Positions 18,067 through 25,147 are shown, numbered from the stretch's first letter. The stretch is 32,000 bases of DNA from Candidatus Nitrospira inopinata (GCF_001458695.1 NZ_LN885086.1:2010001-2042000), one strand, 5' to 3'. Numbers and translations are program-made. Notes: generated by a model not told the origin, from the sequence alone.

Positions 18067-18121
18067 CCTGTCACCTGTCGTCTCTCCTGTGGGATGTGAT
18101 CTCAATCGAACGTGCCGTCGG

Positions 18122-18712
18122 TTACCGGGCCGGATCACCCTCGATGGGGATGATGATATGGGCGTACGGGGTCCCGGCCCACCGTACCCACGGCCCTCCT
18201 TGTTCGGGAGAAGTCGGCAAACCGGCTAAGAGAGTTGGGTTGGGAAGCCTGGCCATCATGTGAGGCCCCAATTCTGTTACAGAGGGATGATCAGCCGGCG
18301 CCTCCATTGCGGAGGGGGTCGGGCTGTTCATTGACCGGCCGCCACGCAACATGTAGGCAAGACCGATCTGGTTGCCGGCGGGGAGACGGTTGGCTTTCAA
18401 GGCGTTCGCAAACTCGGCCCAAGACTCGTTCATGCAGACGGGGCCCTGACCGCCCTTGTCTCGATTGTCGGAAACGCATGTCCAGCCGTTGGTCCCTTGT
18501 CGCAGGACGTTCCCGTTCTGATCCAGAATCGTGGCGCGCGTCGAAAGGGAAGTCGGAGCGGCGGCCTCCGCGGTCTGAACCACGGCGTGCCGTATGACGT
18601 CGCGGCGGGCTCCTCCTTCGCCGAAGGCCGACGGCGCGGTCCACGTGAAGAGAGAAAAAAAGGTCATCATGCTCAGCGACAACGAGACCGTCGGGCTTGC
18701 AAGAGGCGTCAT
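18122..18712 (-). CDS. hypothetical secreted protein
   Basis: SD AAGGAG 7 nt upstream of the ATG. Hydrophobic N-terminus ending ...APSAFG. Two Cys in WTCVSDNRDKGGQGPVCMNESW. No family recognised. Confidence 0.6.
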   Translation of the reverse strand: MTPLASPTVSLSLSMMTFFSLFTWTAPSAFGEGGARRDVIRHAVVQTAEAAAPTSLSTRATILDQNGNVLRQGTNGWTCVSDNRDKGGQGPVCMNESWAEFANALKANRLPAGNQIGLAYMLRGGRSMNSPTPSAMEAPADHPSVTELGPHMMARLPNPTLLAGLPTSPEQGGPWVRWAGTPYAHIIIPIEGDPAR

Positions 18713-18931
18713 AGGCGGCTCCTTTCCTACGTGTCTGGGGTGGCAGATCCGTTTGTCATCATTGTATGGCAGAGGGCCGAGATTTGGAAGGTCAGGGGAA
18801 ACGAGATGCGGCTTGGGATGCCTGGCCCGATCCTGGCCTGATGAGGAGAGGAGAGTTGGCGCGGCTTTCGTAAAAGTATTATCATAACGTGACCGGTTTG
18901 CTATCCATGTTCATTCCGTAGGAGGTGTCAC

Positions 18932-19315
18932 ATGTCGGACAATGTCACCTGTCCTTCATGCAATGCCGAGGGGACCAAGCGACTCAGTGATGTGATCCGT
19001 CAAGAGGCGATCGAAGGCGTGCGAGGCGGCATGGCGGAGCAATACAACCCTCCACGGCAGCCATGGGGATATGTGCAGGGGTTTTTGCTCGCCATTCCGA
19101 TCAACGTCGGGATCATTCTGGGCTTCGGCACGCCGGGCGGATCGGAGAATGAAAAGGCCGTGCTGGATTTGATCACCACCATCGGCTTTCTCGGCGTCTG
19201 GATCGGATACGGGACGTGGAGGAACAAGTCGTACAAGAAAAAACTGGAGGAGTGGAAAAATATCGTGGCGGCGAAATTACATTGTTTGAAATGCGGCCAC
19301 GTGTTTGAAGGATAG
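18932..19315 (+). CDS. hypothetical membrane protein with a split zinc ribbon (CxxC - 2 TM - CxxC)
   Basis: Strong SD TAGGAGGTG. N-terminal CPSC and C-terminal CLKCGH knuckles flank two hydrophobic segments (FLLAIPINVGIILGF, ITTIGFLGVWIGYG). Confidence 0.62.
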   Translation: MSDNVTCPSCNAEGTKRLSDVIRQEAIEGVRGGMAEQYNPPRQPWGYVQGFLLAIPINVGIILGFGTPGGSENEKAVLDLITTIGFLGVWIGYGTWRNKSYKKKLEEWKNIVAAKLHCLKCGHVFEG

Positions 19316-19436
19316 GCGCGCTCTCCTCGACGAGTCGTTCTTCCGCTTCAAGAAGCAAGTGGTACGGGCGATTCTCTCTCCGAACGCCGGACAACGTATC
19401 GTTGCTCGCCCGGCATGGGGCCAGGAAGGAACATTC

Positions 19437-19889
19437 ATGAAGAGCCTGATCCGTCTCCGGTTGCTCCGACGTTGGGCGTTCTTCCTCGTTCTTATGATAG
19501 TGGGTCACAGTCCGGCTCTGGCCGGCTGGGTGGCTGTTGACCGAGACTATCTCGATTCGGGGCTCCGCAGCATCTACATCGATCCCCATGTCATGATCAA
19601 GGAAGGACCGGTGGTGACCGTTCGACAGTTGACTGATTACAAGGTGATGCAAGGCAGCGTAGGATTCGGTCTGTTCATGATGTCCCCGCATCGGTTTTTC
19701 TCAAGCGAGACATTAAGGCAAATCGATTGCAGCCAAAAGCTGGTTCGCTTCCTGTCATACACGGAATACACCGGCCACATGGGAACCGGCCAGGCTTCCA
19801 GAGGTTATGTGGACGTGGATCGGTGGCTGCCGATCGAACCGGAGACGATCAATCACGCCCTGTGGGAAGTGGTTTGTGCCGGCCAGTGA
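19437..19889 (+). CDS. secreted surface-adhesin-E-like domain protein
   Basis: ATG at 19437 is preceded by GGAAGGA. Signal peptide ...SPALAG/W. Pattern W-V-x-V...YIDP...V-x-V-x-QLTDYK...IDC...YTGHMGTG...W-x-PIEP...VC resembles the Adhesin_E-type domain as I recall it. Confidence 0.65.
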   Translation: MKSLIRLRLLRRWAFFLVLMIVGHSPALAGWVAVDRDYLDSGLRSIYIDPHVMIKEGPVVTVRQLTDYKVMQGSVGFGLFMMSPHRFFSSETLRQIDCSQKLVRFLSYTEYTGHMGTGQASRGYVDVDRWLPIEPETINHALWEVVCAGQ

Positions 19890-20023
19890 CACCCTTGTTT
19901 GCCCTGCTGACCCAGTGCGGCGCCGAGATAAGCGGGACTAGGTAACGCTGAGCGGGCGAGCCGACGGTCCCTCTCTTCTCCTGACTGCTGGCGTCGGCCG
20001 GTTCGTTGATTCGTGGGAAGACA

Positions 20024-20245
20024 ATGCCGGTGACTCCCCCCACTTCCCCCCGGACCGATTGGCGGCTGCGGGGTGTGGTCGCGCGATCGGTGGGCATTCT
20101 TTCCATCGCCCTGGGGTTCGTCGTCGGCATGTATGGCCTCGATCATCCTGCCTCGTCATGGCTTCGGACCGCGCTGGCGCTCCTCGTAACCGGCGTCGCG
20201 GCCCAAGCCTATGGGCTTTACTGCTCGATCAAACGGTTCCGATAG
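20024..20245 (+). CDS. hypothetical small two-TM membrane protein
   Basis: MPVTPPTSPRTDWRLRG followed by two hydrophobic segments (VGILSIALGFVVGMYGL, ALALLVTGVAAQAYGLY). Start ambiguous (20006 or 20024). Confidence 0.42.
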   Translation: MPVTPPTSPRTDWRLRGVVARSVGILSIALGFVVGMYGLDHPASSWLRTALALLVTGVAAQAYGLYCSIKRFR

Positions 20246-20263
20246 AAAAACGTCTCGCTGTGC

Positions 20264-20647
20264 GTGTCGCTGTTCCGCGGTTTGCGCAGCCGGGTGGAGT
20301 TGCCGTGCAGGGAGGGAGTGAGCCCGATACGTCCAGGGGAAAAATCATTGTGTGGCAAGGCGGAGACGAGCAAGCGCATGGTTATCATGATGCAACGGCA
20401 AACCGAACCGGGCATAGTGACGGTTCCTGTTCCCAATCACCATGAGTTTCAGATTGGCACACTCCGATCGAATATTTCGAATATTCGTCAAGGCGAGATC
20501 GCTTGCACGGTCTTCGAGATGTCATGTGCGAATTCAGCAGACAGCAAAAAGCACAGATTTTTGACGGTCCGCTGGAACGACTTGTTAGCCTTCGATGTCA
20601 TTTGTACCAACGGTCACGAAGAATTCCGTTGCAGCGCCAAGAAATAG
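20264..20647 (+). CDS. hypothetical ORF carrying a HicA-like motif; possibly a decayed hicA-type toxin gene rather than an intact CDS
   Basis: GIVTVPVPNHHEFQIGTLRSNISNIRQGEI resembles the HicA C-terminal consensus (VTVP-H...GTLRSIL+QAG). The N-terminal HicA-like part (SRGKII...AHGYH) is in a different frame. GC content drops across the ORF. An internal ATG at 20378 has a GGAGA SD. Confidence 0.33.
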   Translation: MSLFRGLRSRVELPCREGVSPIRPGEKSLCGKAETSKRMVIMMQRQTEPGIVTVPVPNHHEFQIGTLRSNISNIRQGEIACTVFEMSCANSADSKKHRFLTVRWNDLLAFDVICTNGHEEFRCSAKK

Positions 20648-20942
20648 AACCACAGTGCCATACCATGAACCCAAACGCAGCCAAGATGGTGGACAGAAGC
20701 CAGCCTTGCCAACCCCATTGACTCAACGGGACTTTGTTTGCTGCTTCTAAATATTCGGGAACAACTTTCCCAAGGACATACCTGCAAAAGCCTGCAACCA
20801 GGAACCCAGAAATCGCAAAGCAGGCGACAAGCAAATCAGGCATTTCAGAAAACGTTTTGTATTTCTTACGGCTTTTCCATCTAGAAATAGGTGATTTGAG
20901 CATGGGTTCCATCTTTGAAAGGCGAACTATTGAGTCAACCAC
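20598..20942 (-). CDS. hypothetical two-TM small membrane protein encoded in a low-GC patch
   Basis: Hydrophobic segments LLVACFAISGFLVAGFCRYVL and WLLSTILAAFGFMVW. A/T-ending codons unlike the rest of the window. Start uncertain (GTG 20942, ATG 20912 or 20903). The 3' end overlaps the previous ORF by 50 nt. Confidence 0.48.
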   Translation of the reverse strand: MVDSIVRLSKMEPMLKSPISRWKSRKKYKTFSEMPDLLVACFAISGFLVAGFCRYVLGKVVPEYLEAANKVPLSQWGWQGWLLSTILAAFGFMVWHCGSISWRCNGILRDRWYK

Positions 20943-21342
20943 CTGCTTTGCCGGCTAGCCACGCGGTGTATTTTACCCTAGGATTTCTCTGTACCAGGCA
21001 AGAATTGTCCGCAATGTCGTTCTCATCTGAAATTTTGTCAAGATACGAGGGTATGGATAGGCTGCAAAGCTCGGCGGTTATCCAGATATCGGCCAGCCGC
21101 ATCTCTGGCATCAGTTCCACCATGGATGGGGATGGACGTGGCCGGTTGGCGGGGACATCACCGATCAGCCATGCCTGCCACAGCGCCATTACCCCACCTG
21201 CCACAGGCCATCGGTTCCCGGTTTTTATGCCAAGGTCCGTTCGCCATTGGCTTTTTGCTTCGTTCTTCCGGCAAGAGCGCATGGCGATTTCTCAGGCGAT
21301 CGCGCTATGATGCCTTCGCTCATTGCCTCTAAAGGAAAAGAA

Positions 21343-21762
21343 ATGAGGGAGAACGTGATCATGGACGTGGATGTGTCGGCTCGACGGGTGATAGCGATCG
21401 GCTGTGTGGTGGCGGGGGTCGGCGTGGCTGCCGGAGCGTTCGGCGCGCACATGCTGAAGACCCTGTTGGAGCCGCCGATGTTGGCCGCCTATGACACCGG
21501 CACGCGATACCAGATGTACCACGCTTTCGGGATGATCTTGAGTGGGATGGGTGCGAGGGTGTTCAGGGATCATCGACTTGTGAAAGCCGGGTGGTTTTTT
21601 GCCGCCGGGCTCGTGCTGTTTTGCGGGAGCCTCTATGGCATGGCGCTGCTTGAGTGGCGGTGGCTGGGGCCGATTACACCCATCGGAGGGCTCACGTTCA
21701 TTGCCGGTTGGCTGTTGCTGGCCTGGCGGACCTGGCACGGAATGCAACCAAGGGGGGAGTAA
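21343..21762 (+). CDS. DUF423 (YgdD/TMEM256-like) membrane protein
   Basis: GVGVAAGAFGAHMLK ... YQMYHAFGMIL ... four hydrophobic helices. ATG at 21343 is preceded by AAAGGAAAAG. ATG at 21361 (after GAGGGAG) is an alternative start. Confidence 0.8.
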   Translation: MRENVIMDVDVSARRVIAIGCVVAGVGVAAGAFGAHMLKTLLEPPMLAAYDTGTRYQMYHAFGMILSGMGARVFRDHRLVKAGWFFAAGLVLFCGSLYGMALLEWRWLGPITPIGGLTFIAGWLLLAWRTWHGMQPRGE

Positions 21763-21776
21763 AACGTTTGCGAGGG

Positions 21777-22796
21777 CTATGACCCAGATGGACAGGGCGC
21801 CAGGCGCTTGGCGGAGATTGGTCCCCAAGCTCCGCGATTGTTCAGAAACGATCCCTCGATCTTCATGGCATCGGTCACACCGTCTCGTTTGTGCCCTTCC
21901 GTGACGAACAGCAAACTGTCTTCCTGCACGAAGCCGCGGTCTTCCCACCGTAAATAGATACTGTCTCCGAGCACGATGGTTTCGACCGGGAGCGGATTTT
22001 CCGTTGTGGTTCGACCAGGCGGTGGGAACACCATGGTCAACTTTTGCTCCTGGTGGTTCTGGTGATTGTGGATGATCCACTGCCACGTGCCGCAGAGGCG
22101 AGAGAGACCCCTGGTCTGGCGGATACGGTTTTTCCACTCGCGGAGCGACCACCAGGAAGCCAGCGCCTGTTGTTGCGCTTGTCGAGCGACTTGCACCGCC
22201 ACAGAAACCAAATCTGACGGTGCCGCTGAAGACGCAGGCAAAGGAGGCGTCTCGGGAGAGGGCGGGCGTGACAACTGTTTCAACAAATCCGGCAATCCGG
22301 TGAAATGAACGGTACTGCTCAGCCATTCCTGTTGAGCGTGAGAGGAAGTTGCTTGCGCTCCTGAAGGGGCATCGGTCGTAGACGACGCCGGATAGGCCGA
22401 CTCAGCCAGTTGCCAAACCACCAAGGCGGCCATCAGTTGATGGACTGATTGCGATAAGTCGGAAAGACCCAGTTCCTGGGCGACCTTGGGTGACAATCCC
22501 TTGCCCTTGGCGCTCAGGATGCCAGCCACATCGTGGAGGCCAAGGGAAGGGCCGATGCTTGAGATGAAGAACGCCGTGGCGGCGGCGTTCGAATCGAGTG
22601 AGGCAAGTCGTGATGAATGGGCGGAAGCAACATCGAACAGGGAAGCCGGCGAAACATCTTCAGCCGCCGTGGCGACCGTTGGCATCAGGCAACACAAGAC
22701 GACAGCCGCCGTGAGAATGCCGAGGATGGTGTATTGGTCTGGAACGACTTTTCCGCGCATCGTCAAATCCCGTGCAGGAAGGGAACGGATCGTCAT
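21777..22796 (-). CDS. hypothetical secreted protein
   Basis: Signal-like segment ILGILTAAVVLCCLMPTVATAA. ATG at 22796 overlaps the stop of the upstream gene (ATGA). ATG at 22760 is an alternative start. No family recognised. Confidence 0.55.
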   Translation of the reverse strand: MTIRSLPARDLTMRGKVVPDQYTILGILTAAVVLCCLMPTVATAAEDVSPASLFDVASAHSSRLASLDSNAAATAFFISSIGPSLGLHDVAGILSAKGKGLSPKVAQELGLSDLSQSVHQLMAALVVWQLAESAYPASSTTDAPSGAQATSSHAQQEWLSSTVHFTGLPDLLKQLSRPPSPETPPLPASSAAPSDLVSVAVQVARQAQQQALASWWSLREWKNRIRQTRGLSRLCGTWQWIIHNHQNHQEQKLTMVFPPPGRTTTENPLPVETIVLGDSIYLRWEDRGFVQEDSLLFVTEGHKRDGVTDAMKIEGSFLNNRGAWGPISAKRLAPCPSGS

Positions 22797-23590
22797 GTCC
22801 CTTGAAAACAGGTTTTGAGAAACCGCGCGGTCCGTTCCCAGGCGAGCGCCTGGTCGTCGGCCCTGTACAGATCGGGCCTGGCGTCGTTGCAAAATCCGCG
22901 AGCGGCGTCCGGATAGTGATAAGTTTCCACCCGCTTGCCCGGCCCGACGGCGGCGGCGCGAAAGGCTTCAATGTCCTCATTCGAGGTTTTTCCGGCCCGG
23001 TGCATCAACAGGGGAGCCGACAGATTCTTCACCAGGTCCTCGGTCGGTTGAGGAATGTGACCGTAGTACGAGACGGCCGCTCTCAGCCGTTTGCGGTGAC
23101 AGGCGAACCGCAGGGCGAAGGAGCCGCCCATCCCGTAACCCACCACGGCATGTTCGTTTCGCTTGGCAATGGTGCGGGTGTTGAGATATTCACAGCAGGA
23201 ATTGATGTCCGTCAGCGCCAGGGACCGGTCGAGCCTTTCCGACAAGGCCGCAGCCACGTCGTCATTAGCGGTCACCATGCCGCCTAGTCGGCCATAGAGG
23301 TTGGGGACGATGACCATGTAGCCTTCGCAGGCCAGACGGGCGCCGAGATCCTTCATTTGGCCAGTCAGGCCCCACCAGTCGTGGAGGAGCACGACACCAG
23401 GATAGGTTCCCTTTTCCTGCGGCCAGAACAACAGACAGTCGATCTGATGTTCCTTCGGCATCCTCGTCCGGAAATAGGGATCGACCATTTGGTCGGTGTG
23501 GGTGGGAATGGGCACACCGCTGGGAAAGCGGGCGGTTCCCGTGCCGATTTGTTGCAGCGTGAATGGTGCCGTGTGAGTGGTTGCGGTCAT
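22793..23590 (-). CDS. dienelactone hydrolase-fold protein (catalytic residues apparently substituted)
   Basis: YPGVVLLHDWWGLTGQMKDLGARLACEGYMVIVPNLYGR, VVGYGMGGSFAL, AVSYYGH and YHYPDAARGF follow the DLH family layout. See findings for the active-site anomaly. Confidence 0.82.
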   Translation of the reverse strand: MTATTHTAPFTLQQIGTGTARFPSGVPIPTHTDQMVDPYFRTRMPKEHQIDCLLFWPQEKGTYPGVVLLHDWWGLTGQMKDLGARLACEGYMVIVPNLYGRLGGMVTANDDVAAALSERLDRSLALTDINSCCEYLNTRTIAKRNEHAVVGYGMGGSFALRFACHRKRLRAAVSYYGHIPQPTEDLVKNLSAPLLMHRAGKTSNEDIEAFRAAAVGPGKRVETYHYPDAARGFCNDARPDLYRADDQALAWERTARFLKTCFQGT

Positions 23591-23597
23591 GCGATCG

Positions 23598-23627
23598 AAT
23601 ATAGGGAGCCGTTCGCGGGGTTGTCAA
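23598..23627 (-). promoter_or_regulatory. sigma70-like promoter TTGACA-N18-TATATT ending 7 nt before the ATG (leaderless-type)
   Basis: The minus strand reads TTGACAaccccgcgaacggctcccTATATTcgatcgcATG. No SD between the -10 element and the start codon. Confidence 0.5.
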
Positions 23628-23636
23628 CGGACTCCC
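23604..23636. promoter_or_regulatory. inverted repeat (putative operator) spanning the -35/spacer of the promoter above
   Basis: GGGAGCCGTT-N12-AACGGACTCCC: 10 bp arms with a one-nucleotide bulge. Confidence 0.4.
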
Positions 23637-23784
23637 GAGACGGAAGTTTGCGGGACTTATTTCATTCGTCGGTTCCGTGTGGTTTCTCTCGCCTTCGGCG
23701 TCCATTTGTGCCATGGTTGAGCCGCGCCGTCCAGTGTGCCGTCCATACGATCGGCGCGTGCCCTCTCCTTCATGCGGGGATGAT

Positions 23785-24825
23785 ATGTCGGAACGTCACC
23801 AGCACCATGAGCCGATCGGTATTGGCAAACCGATCGGCATCGGCAGGCCGATCGGCATCGGATTGATCGGCGCCGGACGACACGGGCTTCGCTATGCTCG
23901 GCACATCGTCCATGACCTTCCGTCCGCCGTTCTGAGGGCGGTTTGCCGACGGCATCCGGCTCGAGGACTGGACCTGCCCGACGCACAATCGGTCGCGATG
24001 TACGGGCGGGGCGAATCGTTGATCGCGGACCCTTCCGTTGAGGCCGTCGTCGCCGTCGTTCCGCCGGTCTTGGCTCCCGAGATTTGTCGTCTGGCTGTGC
24101 AGGCTCGCAAACCTCTGTTGATCGAAAAGCCCTTGGCCGTCTCGGGAGCGGAGGCGCGGGCCATGGTGTCCATGGCTCGGCAAGCGGCCGTACCCTTAAT
24201 GACGGCCCAGACTTTGCGGTTCGACGCCGCCGTTCAGGGAGTCCGCGCCTGGAAGGAACGTCTCGGTCGATCGGAGCGGCTGCTCCTGACCAGTCACGTC
24301 GAAGTCAAAGACAACAGGGCTGATCATGCTCAGGGATACGGGGGCCGAGGAGCTTTGCTGGAGATCGGAGTGCATCTGCTCGATTTGGTCCGATACCTGA
24401 CGGGCGAAGAGGTGCGCGAGGTCTGCTGCACGATGAACCGGTCCCATGCGAACGCCCCTGAGACGGTCGTCTCCGCCCACCTGACGACAGAGGGGGGAAC
24501 GGCGTGTGTCTTGGATGTGGCGAGAGTGTCGGGAGAGCGGGTTGGAACGGTGGAATGGATCGGATCACAGGGCCGGATCTGCGCGGACTGGCCGCGCCGT
24601 CTGGTCCATTGGACCGGCCGCGGCGGGAAGCGGGAAGAGCGGGAGCATCCTCCTTCGCAAACGGTCCTCTTCACGCTCCAGGCGTTTCTGCAAGCGATTG
24701 CCGATGGCTCGCCGATGCCGATTACCGGCGAAGACGGTTGCCGCGCCGTCGAGATCGCCGACGCCTGCTATCGGTCCGCGGAATTAAACGGCGCGCCCGT
24801 GTCGCCGCCTGGTCCTTCGCGATGA
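23785..24825 (+). CDS. Gfo/Idh/MocA family oxidoreductase
   Basis: N-terminal Rossmann IGLIGAGRHGLRYARHI. EKPLAVSGAEA (EKP motif). ATG at 23785 follows GGGGA. The longer ORF from 23677 is rejected. Confidence 0.83.
   Translation: MSERHQHHEPIGIGKPIGIGRPIGIGLIGAGRHGLRYARHIVHDLPSAVLRAVCRRHPARGLDLPDAQSVAMYGRGESLIADPSVEAVVAVVPPVLAPEICRLAVQARKPLLIEKPLAVSGAEARAMVSMARQAAVPLMTAQTLRFDAAVQGVRAWKERLGRSERLLLTSHVEVKDNRADHAQGYGGRGALLEIGVHLLDLVRYLTGEEVREVCCTMNRSHANAPETVVSAHLTTEGGTACVLDVARVSGERVGTVEWIGSQGRICADWPRRLVHWTGRGGKREEREHPPSQTVLFTLQAFLQAIADGSPMPITGEDGCRAVEIADACYRSAELNGAPVSPPGPSR
23812..23865 (+). repeat. 3 x 18-nt in-frame tandem repeat (encodes PIGIGK/PIGIGR/PIGIGL)
   Basis: CCGATCGGTATTGGCAAA / CCGATCGGCATCGGCAGG / CCGATCGGCATCGGATTG, immediately followed by ATCGGCGCCGGA (IGAG of the Rossmann motif). 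Confidence 0.9.
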
Positions 24826-24910
24826 CGAGCCGGACAGGTTGGTCGCCCGCCATCCACGCGCCATCAAAAAGAGGCGTGCAATCGCGACGCCGATCAAGCC
24901 GCTGAGCCGA

Positions 24911-25147
24911 TCAGGGATCCGCCACGATATGCGTGTCGGTTTCTTCAACTCCTTCGATGGTGTGAATTTTTGAAATGACGACGTCCGAAAGAGCGCGCTC
25001 GTCTTGCACGCTGATAAACGCGAAAATGTCGGGACGTCCGAAGCAGGAATGAGCCTGTTCGACGCCGGCGATCCGTTTGAGCGCCGCGACGACGTCTTTG
25101 GCCTTGCCCGCCTTGACCTTGATGAGAATATAGGCTTTGGTCGCCAT
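24911..25147 (-). CDS. stand-alone Lrp/AsnC ligand-binding (RAM) domain protein
   Basis: 78 aa. KAYILIKVKAGKAKDVVAALKRIAGVEQAHSCFGRPDIFAFISVQD...IEGVEETDTHIV is the RAM-domain pattern without an HTH. SD GGGAGGGA. Confidence 0.8.
   Translation of the reverse strand: MATKAYILIKVKAGKAKDVVAALKRIAGVEQAHSCFGRPDIFAFISVQDERALSDVVISKIHTIEGVEETDTHIVADP

Noticed and set aside
19997-20005. GCCGGTTCG, identical to part of the tRNA-Leu T-arm, considered as a possible att-site direct repeat marking an island boundary
   Set aside because: Only 9 nt match and the match does not extend to the tRNA 3' end, so it is well within chance for GC-rich DNA.
20915-21310. Mirror ORF pair (131 aa on plus, 115 aa on minus); the minus-strand product contains ADIWITAELCSLSIPSYLDK, faintly reminiscent of the C-terminal DxWIAAxA region of PIN/VapC toxins
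   Set aside because: Both frames share the same wobble positions, so codon bias cannot choose between them. The PIN-like resemblance is a single short motif without the N-terminal acidic residues. It is left unannotated and mentioned under the low-GC patch.
23812-23865. Tandem repeats considered as a possible mini-CRISPR or other non-coding array
   Set aside because: The units are contiguous with no spacers, only 18 nt long, in frame, and inside a well-supported CDS.
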